Shown here: in pieces, positions 47,811-57,739 of the stretch
Layout of the letters: each line of letters opens with the position of its first letter
Numbering within the stretch: position 1 is the stretch's first letter
DNA from: an uncultured Gammaproteobacteria bacterium
Lineage (GTDB): Bacteria > Patescibacteriota > Microgenomatia > Levybacterales > GWA1-39-11
Direction of reading: 5' to 3'
Assembly (NCBI GenBank): GCA_964627245.1
Contig: CAZVGS010000001.1
Coordinates: forward strand, 89,256-153,255
Length of the DNA: 64,000 nucleotides
The notes under the pieces: generated by a model
What the model saw: only the letters and a program-made list of their open reading frames with translations
The model's database searches: none
What the model was told of the DNA's origin: nothing
Translations under genes and position numbers: made by a program

Positions 47811-48770
47811 AATATAGAAAAACCCTTTTTTGTACTAGCTCCCATGGAGGGAGGGACAGACACTGTTTTTAGACAAATCGTCGCTTCTTGCGGCAGACCT
47901 GATGTGATGTTTACTGAATTTACGAATGTTGAGGGGCTTATGTCCAAAGGCAGGGATGACGTTGCAATAAGACTTAAATTTGAAAAATTTGAAAAACCTT
48001 TGATTGCACAAATCTGGGGAAAAGATCCCAATTCTTATTTTGAAGTTGCAAAACAGCTGGTTGAAATGGGGTTTGACGGGATAGATATCAATATGGGATG
48101 CCCGGAGCGCACGGTTGTTAGAAATGGATGCTGCTCTGCCCTTATTGAAAACCACGCACTTGCTAAAGAAATAATTGACGCAGTCAAAAAAGGAGCAGAA
48201 AACCTACCCGTTAGTGTCAAAACACGCATCGGATTTAAAACTATCCAAACAGAAGAGTGGCTCGGTTTTCTTCTGCAACAAAATCTCGATGCCCTGACGA
48301 TCCATTTCCGTACTCAAAAAGAAATGTCATTGGTTCCTGCCCACTGGGAAGAAGCGAAAATGGCTGTGAGCATGCGCAATAATATCTCAAAACAAACTGT
48401 AATTATTGGAAATGGAGACGTAATGAGCCGTAATCAAGGCATAGAGTTGGCACAAAAATACAGCTTGGACGGGATCATGATAGGACGCGGAGTTTTTCAC
48501 AATCCATACGTATTTGACGAATCGGTAAATTATGAATTACAGACTAAACAGGAGAAAATAGAACTGTTAAAAAAACACCTGAATCTTTTTGAAAAAACCT
48601 GGAAAGATAAGTACAAAGTCGATGAAAAAACTTATAACAAGCTTTATCCTCCCCTAAAAAGGTTTTTCAATATATATATAAGTGGATTCGACGGAGCAGC
48701 TGAGCTTAGAGGTGAATTAATGTTTACCACAAATATCGAAGAGGCAAGACTGATTTTTTCTAAAATGTAA
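47793..48770 (+). CDS. dus: tRNA-dihydrouridine synthase
   Basis: LAPMEGGTDTVFRQI, INMGCP and TIM-barrel Dus motifs. Confidence 0.85.
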   Translation: MKFSWQNIEKPFFVLAPMEGGTDTVFRQIVASCGRPDVMFTEFTNVEGLMSKGRDDVAIRLKFEKFEKPLIAQIWGKDPNSYFEVAKQLVEMGFDGIDINMGCPERTVVRNGCCSALIENHALAKEIIDAVKKGAENLPVSVKTRIGFKTIQTEEWLGFLLQQNLDALTIHFRTQKEMSLVPAHWEEAKMAVSMRNNISKQTVIIGNGDVMSRNQGIELAQKYSLDGIMIGRGVFHNPYVFDESVNYELQTKQEKIELLKKHLNLFEKTWKDKYKVDEKTYNKLYPPLKRFFNIYISGFDGAAELRGELMFTTNIEEARLIFSKM

Positions 48771-48783
48771 TCAAGCGATATGC

Positions 48784-49287
48784 TTGTGCTATTATTTACA
48801 GGTGAGAATACTCGGAATCGACCCCGGAATTGGGCGTATGGGGTGGGGAATAATCGACAAGGAGGGACAAAAAGTAGCCCCGGTTGATTTTGGCTGCTCG
48901 ACAACCGAGTCGACAACCGATATAGCCACAAGGCTCAAAGAGATACACAGATGTGTTGCCGATTTGATCGCAAAATACGAGCCTACTGAATTTGCAATTG
49001 AAGAGCTCTTCTTCAATACCAATGCAAAAACAGCTTTTGTCGTTGGCCAAGCACGGGGAGTTATACTTCTTGCCGCAGGGCAAAACAATCTTACGCCTGC
49101 CATATACACCCCCCTGCAAGTAAAAATTGCGCTCACAGGATACGGCAGAGCCGAAAAAAGACAGGTGGGAGAGATGGTCAAAAACAGTCTCAAGCTTGAA
49201 AAAATACCAACCCCCGACGACACGGCGGACGCATTAGCAGTAGCCCTTACCCATGCCTTTTCAGTTAAGCAGAAAAGGGTGCTATAA
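48784..49287 (+). CDS. ruvC: Holliday junction resolvase RuvC (true start may be the GTG at about 48802)
   Basis: ILGIDPGIGRMGWG with catalytic Asp; acidic residues downstream. Confidence 0.85.
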   Translation: MCYYLQVRILGIDPGIGRMGWGIIDKEGQKVAPVDFGCSTTESTTDIATRLKEIHRCVADLIAKYEPTEFAIEELFFNTNAKTAFVVGQARGVILLAAGQNNLTPAIYTPLQVKIALTGYGRAEKRQVGEMVKNSLKLEKIPTPDDTADALAVALTHAFSVKQKRVL

Positions 49288-49294
49288 TCACTTC

Positions 49295-49867
49295 ATGATC
49301 GGACTTGTTAAAGGAACAGTTGATACCATACGCTCATCATTTATCCTGATTGATACCGGACCTGTTGGCTACAAAGTACTCGTAACCCAAAATATCCTGG
49401 CAAAAAAAAAGGTAGGAGACAGCATCAAGTTATATACATATACCCATGTCAGGGAAGACGCTTTGGATCTTTTCGGATTTAGTACCGTTGAAGATTTATC
49501 TCTTTTCGAACTTTTCTTGACTGTTCCAGGAGTAGGACCCAAAACTGCACTCGGCATTTTTTCAGCAGGAGATTCAAAGCAGATAACAAACGCGGTACTG
49601 ACCGCAGATGTTGCCTTTTTTGCAAAAGTGCCCAGGCTCGGAAAAAAGAACGCTCAAAAGGTAATTCTTGAGCTGAGAGGCAAATTGGGAGACACCGAAT
49701 CAACTTTGGACTTTGCAGCGCAAGACGAAGAAAAAGAGATATCAGCGGCTCTGAAAGGCTTTGGATTTAAGCCTGAGGAAATTTCCGAAGTTCTCAAAAA
49801 AATCCGCGGACACGACGGGACAGTCGAGCAAAAAATGAAACTGGCTCTCAAGCAATTGGCAAAATGA
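49295..49867 (+). CDS. ruvA: Holliday junction branch-migration protein RuvA
   Basis: MIGLVKGTV... OB fold, two HhH motifs, C-terminal RuvB-interaction domain; start set at the internal Met. Confidence 0.85.
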   Translation: MIGLVKGTVDTIRSSFILIDTGPVGYKVLVTQNILAKKKVGDSIKLYTYTHVREDALDLFGFSTVEDLSLFELFLTVPGVGPKTALGIFSAGDSKQITNAVLTADVAFFAKVPRLGKKNAQKVILELRGKLGDTESTLDFAAQDEEKEISAALKGFGFKPEEISEVLKKIRGHDGTVEQKMKLALKQLAK

Positions 49868-50892
49868 CACAAGATACAAAACCCAAAAAAAAGGCAGACG
49901 TCATAGACTCAGAGGAAGAAGTGGTATTTACCTCTCTTCGTGCCACTTCGTGGGATGAATTTTGCGGCCAGGCGACTGTCAAAAAATCCCTCCAGATAGC
50001 AATTGCAGCAGCACAAAATAGATCGGAGGCGATCGAGCACGTACTTCTTTACGGCCCTCCCGGTCTTGGAAAAACGAGCCTTTCACACCTGATCGCCCGC
50101 GAGATGAATTCAAATATCAGAATGACTTCAGGACCTGCGATCGTTAGGGTCGGGGATTTGGCAGCAATTTTAACCAACCTTGAAAAGGGAGATGTGTTAT
50201 TTATCGATGAAATCCACCGGCTTAATACGGCGGTTGAGGAAACACTTTACTCTGCTATGGAAGATTACGCTCTTGATGTAATTATGGGAAAGGGTCCCTC
50301 CGCCCGTACTTTACGCCTTGATCTTCCTCAATTTACCGTAATAGGTGCAACGACTAGGGTAGGCATGCTCTCCGCTCCCCTCAGAGACAGATTTGGTGTT
50401 ATTCATCACCTCACCTTTTACAATCCGTCAGAGCTTTCGGTCATCATAAAAAAGGCCGCCAAAAAACTCACCATCGGAATCGATGACGATGCTGTGGGGG
50501 AATTAGCAAAAAGAGCGCGGGGCACACCTAGAATAGCATTAAGACTACTCAAAAGGGCACGCGACTACGCAAGCGTGCACGAAAAAACAACGGTTAACTG
50601 CGATGTGGTAATCGATGCTTTAGATCTTATCGAGATCGACCCACTAGGACTGGATCCCATCGACAGGCACTATCTGAATGCTGTTATCAACAAACACGGT
50701 GGAGGGCCTGTGGGAGTGGAGACAATAGCTGCAAGCATTTCAGAGGATGTAGAGACAATCGAGGAAGTAGTCGAGCCGTATCTCATGCAGATAGGGTTTA
50801 TTAAGAGATCCCCAAGAGGAAGAGTAGCAACTGACGCTTCCTATTATCACTTGGGAATAAACCTGCCGAAAGAGAGAGTTAGCGAAAAATAA
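49864..50892 (+). CDS. ruvB: Holliday junction ATP-dependent helicase RuvB
   Basis: GPPGLGKTSL Walker A, DEIHRL Walker B, sensor motifs; ATGA overlap with ruvA. Confidence 0.9.
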   Translation: MTQDTKPKKKADVIDSEEEVVFTSLRATSWDEFCGQATVKKSLQIAIAAAQNRSEAIEHVLLYGPPGLGKTSLSHLIAREMNSNIRMTSGPAIVRVGDLAAILTNLEKGDVLFIDEIHRLNTAVEETLYSAMEDYALDVIMGKGPSARTLRLDLPQFTVIGATTRVGMLSAPLRDRFGVIHHLTFYNPSELSVIIKKAAKKLTIGIDDDAVGELAKRARGTPRIALRLLKRARDYASVHEKTTVNCDVVIDALDLIEIDPLGLDPIDRHYLNAVINKHGGGPVGVETIAASISEDVETIEEVVEPYLMQIGFIKRSPRGRVATDASYYHLGINLPKERVSEK

Positions 50893-50939
50893 AGCAAAGA
50901 TAGACAGCAAAACCTGTCAATAGCCTCCACAGTATCTGT

Positions 50940-51671
50940 TTATTTTTTGGAAATATTGAGGACTTTTTTTACAGGTGTTGCTTTTTTTGAAAGTGTTTTT
51001 TTAACAATCTCATTAATTATTATTCCATCTTTAAGCTCAATATTTCTCTGAGCTAATTTAGCGTACTCAGATTCATGAGTAACCATAATAATAGTTTGAC
51101 CCTGCCGATGCAAATCTAAAAAAATATCCAGCACTTTTTCAGAGGATTCGGAATCAAGATTTGCGGTAGGCTCATCGGCAAAAAGAATTTTTGGATTGTG
51201 AACAATTGCCCTTGCAATACTTACGCGTTGTTGCTGCCCGCCGGAAAGTTGGCTTGGAAGATTATCCAACCTATCCTGAAGATCAACCTTCATAAGAGCA
51301 TCTATAGCTTTTTTTTGAGCCACGCTTTCATCTAAACCCTGCATGAGAAGTGGCATCATGACATTTTCTTTGGCAGTAAGCATAGGAAGGATGGCATAGT
51401 CTTGGAAGATATATCCCAAATTTTTTAGCCTAAATGATATTTTTTCCTCACTCGTCAGTTTAGTTGTGTCTATGTCCTCAATAGTAACAGTGCCCTGATT
51501 TGGTGTGTCAAGCAAGCTAAGCTGATATAATAATGTGCTCTTGCCGGACCCTGACATGCCTGTAATTGCTAAGAACTGTCCACCCGGTACACTAAAGCTA
51601 ATTTTTTTTAATGCCGTTAGTGTGTTGTCACCGATTGTAAATATTCTCGTTACGTCTTTTACTGTGATCAT
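50940..51671 (-). CDS. ABC transporter ATP-binding protein (MacB/LolD/FtsE-like)
   Basis: [25 protein letters not shown] and ILFADEPT motifs. Confidence 0.85.
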   Translation of the reverse strand: MITVKDVTRIFTIGDNTLTALKKISFSVPGGQFLAITGMSGSGKSTLLYQLSLLDTPNQGTVTIEDIDTTKLTSEEKISFRLKNLGYIFQDYAILPMLTAKENVMMPLLMQGLDESVAQKKAIDALMKVDLQDRLDNLPSQLSGGQQQRVSIARAIVHNPKILFADEPTANLDSESSEKVLDIFLDLHRQGQTIIMVTHESEYAKLAQRNIELKDGIIINEIVKKTLSKKATPVKKVLNISKK

Positions 51672-51674
51672 ATA

Positions 51675-52949
51675 TTATCTTCCTAAAATCGCATCTAACG
51701 TATTTTGTTTGGTTACCATTCTTGCCGGAACATACCCCGAGATAAATGCGGTTAGAGTCAGGATAAGGCCTCGCATAACAAGCCCGCTTGTGGTAACTGC
51801 TAACTTCCCTTCCGTTACCGGGAATTTGAGAGGGTGAATATCAAACCAAGGCGCTAAAAACCAGATAATAATAAGACTTGAAAAAATTATTCCAGATAAG
51901 GCATAAAATAGTGACTGCATCACATACGAGACCTCAATTGACCGAGCTGATATCCCAATACCCTTCATGATACCTATATATTTTCTTCTTGTTATGGCAT
52001 TTACAAAAATTACAATAAAAATTGTAATAGCGCCTACAATAAGAGAAATTACACCCACAATATTACCCAGCATTGAAAAAGTCTTTTTCATATCAGATAT
52101 AGCTTTTGGCAATGTTTCTTCTGCGGTTTCGACAATAACGTCGGTGTCATAAGAGAAATTTTTTAGTATATACTCCTTTGCTTCTTCCCTGCTTGAGTCA
52201 GGGTTCAACAATACTGCAATTTCACTAGCATTAAGACTATGATTGTTGATAAGTGGACGCATTGTACTTTCAAGCATGAATGCACGGCCGTCGACCGTGC
52301 TATTTCCTGTATCAACTATTCCCCTCACAAAAACGTCGATATCCTCATTGCCAATAATCAGCTTTAGTCGAGATCCAATGGTTATATCCTTCAACCGTGG
52401 CTCTGTTGAGGAGCCCTGAGAGTATTCTACAAGAAGACTTTTTCCCAGTATAATTCCATCCGTGTCATATTCCTTCAAATATTCGCCTAAAATAATTTCA
52501 GAGGATATTCCCGTAACTGCATCTTCATCTTTCGGATTAATTCCAACTATCGTGCTGTTTACTCTCTGTCCAATATCAATAGCGCGGATTTTTACTTTAT
52601 TTTCATTTTCTAGTATTGCTGGTGTCGTGTATCTGCTTGAAGACGCCTGATAAGAAGGCAGGCTTTTTATCACAGAATTCAACATGCTAGACTGCGATAT
52701 TGAGACGTACTGAGTAGCTGGTTTTATTAAAATGTCTGACGAATAATAAGTCTTAAAAGAATTCATCATACCTTCAGCCAAACCGGTCAAAATTCCACCC
52801 ATCAACACCATATTAAGGAAAGTTAGTGACATTACAAAAATAATAAGAGCAGTTGACCAGGGATTATTACGTTTTAATTCTCGGAAAGCTAAGAATTGAC
52901 CTACAAATATATCTTTCTGAAATTTACTGAAGAGATCTAGTATTTTCAT
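51675..52949 (-). CDS. ABC transporter permease, FtsX/MacB-type
   Basis: N-terminal TM, large extracytoplasmic domain, C-terminal FtsX 3-TM bundle. Confidence 0.8.
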   Translation of the reverse strand: MKILDLFSKFQKDIFVGQFLAFRELKRNNPWSTALIIFVMSLTFLNMVLMGGILTGLAEGMMNSFKTYYSSDILIKPATQYVSISQSSMLNSVIKSLPSYQASSSRYTTPAILENENKVKIRAIDIGQRVNSTIVGINPKDEDAVTGISSEIILGEYLKEYDTDGIILGKSLLVEYSQGSSTEPRLKDITIGSRLKLIIGNEDIDVFVRGIVDTGNSTVDGRAFMLESTMRPLINNHSLNASEIAVLLNPDSSREEAKEYILKNFSYDTDVIVETAEETLPKAISDMKKTFSMLGNIVGVISLIVGAITIFIVIFVNAITRRKYIGIMKGIGISARSIEVSYVMQSLFYALSGIIFSSLIIIWFLAPWFDIHPLKFPVTEGKLAVTTSGLVMRGLILTLTAFISGYVPARMVTKQNTLDAILGR

Positions 52950-53899
52950 GGACTTTTACTATCTGGCCTTGCAAGAACTTCTGTTCCATTATTAAGACCG
53001 GATAGTATTTCGGCTTTTACAAATCCTTTTTCACCAATTTTTACTTCTGTAAGCTGACCGTCTCTGTCTTCAGCTTTTTGTACATATATTTTTCCGTCTC
53101 TATAAATTAAAGCACTCATAGGAACAGTAAGCGTATCTTCTTTGCGGATAAGTTGAATTGTAGCTATTGCAGTCATATTTGGTTTTACACTTGCAGGCAG
53201 GTCGTTAACTTGAATTTTTGATTCAAAAGTCACAACTCCTCCATCGATGGCTCCAGCTGTATCGATAGATTTGACTTTTCCCGACAAAGACAAGTCTTTA
53301 ATCGCATCAAAAGTGATATCCACTTTTTGTCCGGAAGAGATTTTTGGAGCATATATCTCATTGATATAAACAGTTAAATATGGCTCATCTTCCAAAGTAT
53401 CTTCATACGCAATCTTTGCCAGATTTACTTGAGCTTGAGCTGCTGAAATAGCAATGTCTGCCTCCTTGTACTTTGTTTCTGCTGATCGGAAATCTTTTTC
53501 TGCTTCAACAAGGACAGAGTCTATGCTTAATTTTTCGAGGGTTGTATACTCATCCTTAGTAGCCGGATTGGTCGTATTATCATTTTTATAATTCACACTG
53601 TTTTCTGCATCCAAAACTGCCTGTCTTTTCACCCACATCGCAGCATCTGCAGCCTGTTTGTTTTGCTTTGCGGTAGCTAATGAGTTAATTGCGCTTTGAT
53701 ATTCTGCGTATGCTGACGCTTTTTCTGTATCGGTTGCTGTCTTATGAAATGTGCCGCTTACCTGAACAGTTTCAAGAAAGGTTTCTTTTTGTACCGTATG
53801 CAACAGACGGGTATCAGGCTTTTGCAATACCAGAAATTTAAATCCGATGGCAGATATTACTATAAAAGCGACGACAAAATAAATTTTACGTAGTTTCAT
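52946..53899 (-). CDS. periplasmic adaptor (HlyD/MacA-type membrane fusion protein)
   Basis: N-terminal TM, coiled-coil hairpin region, beta-barrel C-terminus; overlaps the permease start. Confidence 0.65.
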   Translation of the reverse strand: MKLRKIYFVVAFIVISAIGFKFLVLQKPDTRLLHTVQKETFLETVQVSGTFHKTATDTEKASAYAEYQSAINSLATAKQNKQAADAAMWVKRQAVLDAENSVNYKNDNTTNPATKDEYTTLEKLSIDSVLVEAEKDFRSAETKYKEADIAISAAQAQVNLAKIAYEDTLEDEPYLTVYINEIYAPKISSGQKVDITFDAIKDLSLSGKVKSIDTAGAIDGGVVTFESKIQVNDLPASVKPNMTAIATIQLIRKEDTLTVPMSALIYRDGKIYVQKAEDRDGQLTEVKIGEKGFVKAEILSGLNNGTEVLARPDSKSP

Positions 53900-53900
53900 G

Positions 53901-54338
53901 TTATTTAATTTTAGCTTGAGAGTCCAATATGCTGGTAAATATTCTTATCATCTCTTTGATGTCATTTTCAGGAATGGCTTTAAAGACATTAAAATGAGTT
54001 TTTTGTAGTTGATCTTTAAACACTTTTGTCTGTTTTACCCCATCTTGAGTAATAGAAAGACAAATAATTCTGCGGTCGGATGAGCTATTTTCTCTTTTAA
54101 TGAAATTTCCCTCAGCAAGACGATTGGTAAGTTGAGTTGTTGCGGATATTGACATCGATAACTCATCTGCAAGAGACCCGACAGAAGCATTAGGATTCTC
54201 GTAGATGAATGAAAGTGCCTGGGCTTGAAGAAGCGTTACTGCCTTGTCTTCAAAAGAACTTGTTTGCTCGATGAGCTTTCGGACCTTGATTGCTTTGCTA
54301 AAAAATTCAGACAATAATTTTGGGTTAATATTTTTCAT
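53901..54338 (-). CDS. MarR-family transcriptional regulator
   Basis: wHTH with LTxxQ...LS pattern; first gene of the efflux operon. Confidence 0.7.
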   Translation of the reverse strand: MKNINPKLLSEFFSKAIKVRKLIEQTSSFEDKAVTLLQAQALSFIYENPNASVGSLADELSMSISATTQLTNRLAEGNFIKRENSSSDRRIICLSITQDGVKQTKVFKDQLQKTHFNVFKAIPENDIKEMIRIFTSILDSQAKIK

Positions 54339-54545
54339 TCTTTTAAGAAGATAGTTTATGACATAAATATTTTATAGTATAAACTATATTCTGTCAAGGA
54401 ACGATTTCATAATACAGATTTTAAATTCAAACCTTTTTACCTAAATACTTATTTGTAAGCAGTGCTTTCGAATATAGAAATTCAGGTATATCCTAAATGT
54501 AATCTTATTGGAGAAAGACTGTCAACCTAAGTAATCAAAAAAAGT

Positions 54546-54575
54546 TAAGATATTCCGCCAATGTGGTATAATTTG
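54546..54575 (+). promoter_or_regulatory. candidate promoter TTAAGA-N17-TATAAT upstream of the kinase gene
   Basis: gTTAAGAtattccgccaatgtggTATAAT, about 45 nt before the ATG at 54618. Confidence 0.3.
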
Positions 54576-54617
54576 TCCACAAAAATACCAAAGAAGTACT
54601 CAGACCAGTAATATTCT

Positions 54618-55601
54618 ATGGAAAGACACATTAGTGAATTGGACTCTCAATATACTCCCGAAGTTCTAAAAACTGTAAGGCAGGACCCATTTCTTGCGAA
54701 TTTGAAGGAAATTAATGAAATCACTCCTGTTTCAAATGGTGTTTCTCATTACGTATATAAAATTACTACAGACAAAGATAATTTTTTTTTGAAGATACGA
54801 GAGAATCACTTTTCAAGGCTTCCTGAAATTGCAATAAGACCAGAGGACATTAAGAGTGAATATAAAGCACTAACCATTTACGAATCTTTCATGCCAAATA
54901 ATTTCCCCCAAATAGTCTCTTTTAGTGACCAAAAACACTACCTAATAACTACAGACGCAACATTCAATGGTATGTTGTTCCAGGAAACTTTAATAAGTGG
55001 AGACGCTACAGGAGAAATGGTTTATAATCTTGGATCAACATTGAAGGAGATTCATACTTCAACTGCAGCATACACGGATGATATCAGGGAAGAGGGGGAT
55101 AGCACCCATTATGATCTGAAGCTATTGCATAGATTTGAATTCGCTAAAAACGATGGACTCGATGAGGTAGTTGAGAAATTAAAAAAACAAAAAAAACAAT
55201 TAATTTTGGGGGACCCAGCCCCTAAAAACATTGGCATCAATAATAATGGACTACTCTTTATCTTCTTTGATCTCGAAGATGCTCATCAAGGTAATCCCAT
55301 CTTTGACTGTGGCTATTTGCTTGGTCATATATTATTACATAATCTTTTGGATCCAAAAAAAGCGAGCGAATTAGCGGATGACTATACAAGCGGTTATGGA
55401 ATAGAAAAGTTTGATGAAGATATGCTTAAAAAAATTGCATTGGGAATAGTAAGATACCGATTAGGAGGTAAAATTCCATATCCGGCACCAAATATTCCGC
55501 AAGACATGAAAATACCGATAATGAATAGAATCGAAAACATTTTTCAGGTAAATCTCAAAACTTCAGATTGGACTACAATATTTACTTATTTGAAAGCGTG
55601 A
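54618..55601 (+). CDS. aminoglycoside-phosphotransferase-like kinase (protein-kinase-like fold)
   Basis: GDPAPKNIGI (HGD-equivalent loop) and IFFDLEDAHQG (DxE/D metal site). Confidence 0.5.
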   Translation: MERHISELDSQYTPEVLKTVRQDPFLANLKEINEITPVSNGVSHYVYKITTDKDNFFLKIRENHFSRLPEIAIRPEDIKSEYKALTIYESFMPNNFPQIVSFSDQKHYLITTDATFNGMLFQETLISGDATGEMVYNLGSTLKEIHTSTAAYTDDIREEGDSTHYDLKLLHRFEFAKNDGLDEVVEKLKKQKKQLILGDPAPKNIGINNNGLLFIFFDLEDAHQGNPIFDCGYLLGHILLHNLLDPKKASELADDYTSGYGIEKFDEDMLKKIALGIVRYRLGGKIPYPAPNIPQDMKIPIMNRIENIFQVNLKTSDWTTIFTYLKA

Positions 55602-55615
55602 AAAAATTAAATTTA

Positions 55616-57040
55616 ATGCTTATTGGCGTGGGTCCGCATGCAAAGCGGATTTATTATCCAATTTGCAAACAGGAAAAGTCTTTAGGCGTTAAAATTGTAT
55701 GTGGGGTTGATTTAATAGAAAAAAGGAACGACATTGAGGAATACTTTGAAAAATATCAAGATAGAATGCCCATGCATTATGTGGCTAAGAATGCATATTC
55801 TAAAAAACTAACAAAACAAACAGCAGCAGCACTTAACAAGCTTGTACGAAAATATCAAGTCGATGGAGTAATCATTTCAACTGATCCTTTAGCTCACCTT
55901 CGCTATGGCTTGTGGGCCATTAGCCAAAATCTTCACGTATTGATGGATAAACCTATCTCTGCAGTCCCAGGATCATCAGTAAATGAGACAGCAGCAAGTG
56001 AAATTCTTTCTGATTTTTATTTACTGAAGAAAGCTCATATCAAAACAGGTAAAGATGCAATATTTAGTATCATGGCTCAAAGGCGGTTTCATCAAACATA
56101 TATAAAAGTACGCAAAATGGTAGAGGAAATTTTCAAAAAAACTAATTGTCCTATTACTTCTATTCAAACCGCTCACTCTGACGGTCAATGGAGACTTCCA
56201 TCGGAAATAATTGATATGGATTATCATTCTTTTGATCAGGGCTTAGGCAAGATTTCTCATTCTGGGTATCACTTCCTAGATATGATTTGCTGGCTTATAA
56301 GCGCTGCTACTACAGAGAAGAAGAAGGTAAATAATGTTGACATTTTTGCGCAAGCAATGCGTCCTACTGATTTTATCTCTCAAATAAATTTTTCTGATTA
56401 CAAAAATTTATTTGCAGATTTTTCCAAAATAAACAAATATTCCGAAAAAGAATTTAGAGAAATAACAAAAAAATACGGAGAAATTGACACATTTATCAAT
56501 TTCGCTTTCAAACATAATTCTGATGTAATTACTTTGAGTAGCTCAAATTTAATGCATAATGGTTTCTCTCAGCGAGGTTGGCTATTACCTAAGAAAGATT
56601 TGTACAAGGGAAATGGAAGAGTGAGACAGGAAGCAATGTTCATCGAACAAGGCCCCTTTCAGTCTATTTCGCTCGTCTCTTATCAGTCAAATGAAATAAA
56701 TAAAAATTCTAATAAAAAAGTTTATGATATAGGCGGTGAGTACCACTTGGACGTACATGTTTTTAGAAATAACAATTATAATCCAGAGTGGAAAGACTAT
56801 GAAAAGTTCTCGGTTGAGGATTTATCAGAAAATAGACTAAGAGGTTATTCTAGGGGTCATCAAGAAGATGCACGAAGAAACTCGATTATTGAATTTATAG
56901 AATGCGCGAAAGGTAATCACATAAAACAAAAATCTAGTCTGCTATCTCATGAATCTACTGTTAAACTTATGAGTGGAACATATCTTTCAATGGCGAAAAA
57001 ATTTAATTCTGAAAATCCTGTTGTAAATATCAGGCTCTAG
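55616..57040 (+). CDS. Gfo/Idh/MocA-family NAD(P)-dependent oxidoreductase-like protein with a long C-terminal extension
   Basis: MLIGVGPHAK Rossmann N-terminus and DGVIISTDPLAHLRYGLWAISQNLHVLMDKPI matching the Gfo/Idh/MocA consensus; start moved to the internal Met to avoid overlap. Confidence 0.55.
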   Translation: MLIGVGPHAKRIYYPICKQEKSLGVKIVCGVDLIEKRNDIEEYFEKYQDRMPMHYVAKNAYSKKLTKQTAAALNKLVRKYQVDGVIISTDPLAHLRYGLWAISQNLHVLMDKPISAVPGSSVNETAASEILSDFYLLKKAHIKTGKDAIFSIMAQRRFHQTYIKVRKMVEEIFKKTNCPITSIQTAHSDGQWRLPSEIIDMDYHSFDQGLGKISHSGYHFLDMICWLISAATTEKKKVNNVDIFAQAMRPTDFISQINFSDYKNLFADFSKINKYSEKEFREITKKYGEIDTFINFAFKHNSDVITLSSSNLMHNGFSQRGWLLPKKDLYKGNGRVRQEAMFIEQGPFQSISLVSYQSNEINKNSNKKVYDIGGEYHLDVHVFRNNNYNPEWKDYEKFSVEDLSENRLRGYSRGHQEDARRNSIIEFIECAKGNHIKQKSSLLSHESTVKLMSGTYLSMAKKFNSENPVVNIRL

Positions 57041-57043
57041 TCC

Positions 57044-57739
57044 ATGAGATTTCAAATACTAGGAAGGAATACTATTGAGAAGGCTTCAGGTCTCGTTGTG
57101 GTAATAGACGTCCTCAGAGCGTTTACAACAGCATGCTACATATTTTCAAAAGGAGCAAAAGAAATCGTGCTTGCATCAACTCCCGAGGAGGGACTTCTTT
57201 TGAAAAAGCAGTATCCTAAATATCTTTTAGTAGGTGAGCGTAAGGGGCTAAAACTCACAGGATATGATTATGGAAACTCTCCATTTGAAATAAAACAAGC
57301 CAGTCTTTTAGATAAGACTGTCGTGATGACAACTTCCCTGGGGACCTCAACTCTTCTTGATTTGTACACATTATCAAAAGGCAAAGAATTTATTACTGGA
57401 AGTTTTGTTAATGCATCGGCCATTATTAACTACATAAAAAAAAGCAAATATGAAATAGTGAGCCTTATATGCACAGACGACTCCTTCAATGATAACGAGG
57501 ATTACATGTGTGCAAAATATATAGTAAGCAACTTTATAGGAAAATCTCTTGACTTTCAAAAAATAAAGGAAGATTTGACCAAACATCCAATATCTGAAGG
57601 GTTTCTTAAAAAACCTTTAACTAAATACGCACCAGATGATTTCAATCTGTGTTTGCAAGTGAATAAATTTAGGTTTATTATAATGTCAAATAGATCAGCT
57701 GAGAGAATACTTTTGAAGCCTATAAATTATGAGCGCTGA
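57044..57739 (+). CDS. 2-phosphosulfolactate phosphatase (ComB) family protein
   Basis: VVIDVLRAFTTACY motif and the family-typical 231-aa length. Confidence 0.65.
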   Translation: MRFQILGRNTIEKASGLVVVIDVLRAFTTACYIFSKGAKEIVLASTPEEGLLLKKQYPKYLLVGERKGLKLTGYDYGNSPFEIKQASLLDKTVVMTTSLGTSTLLDLYTLSKGKEFITGSFVNASAIINYIKKSKYEIVSLICTDDSFNDNEDYMCAKYIVSNFIGKSLDFQKIKEDLTKHPISEGFLKKPLTKYAPDDFNLCLQVNKFRFIIMSNRSAERILLKPINYER

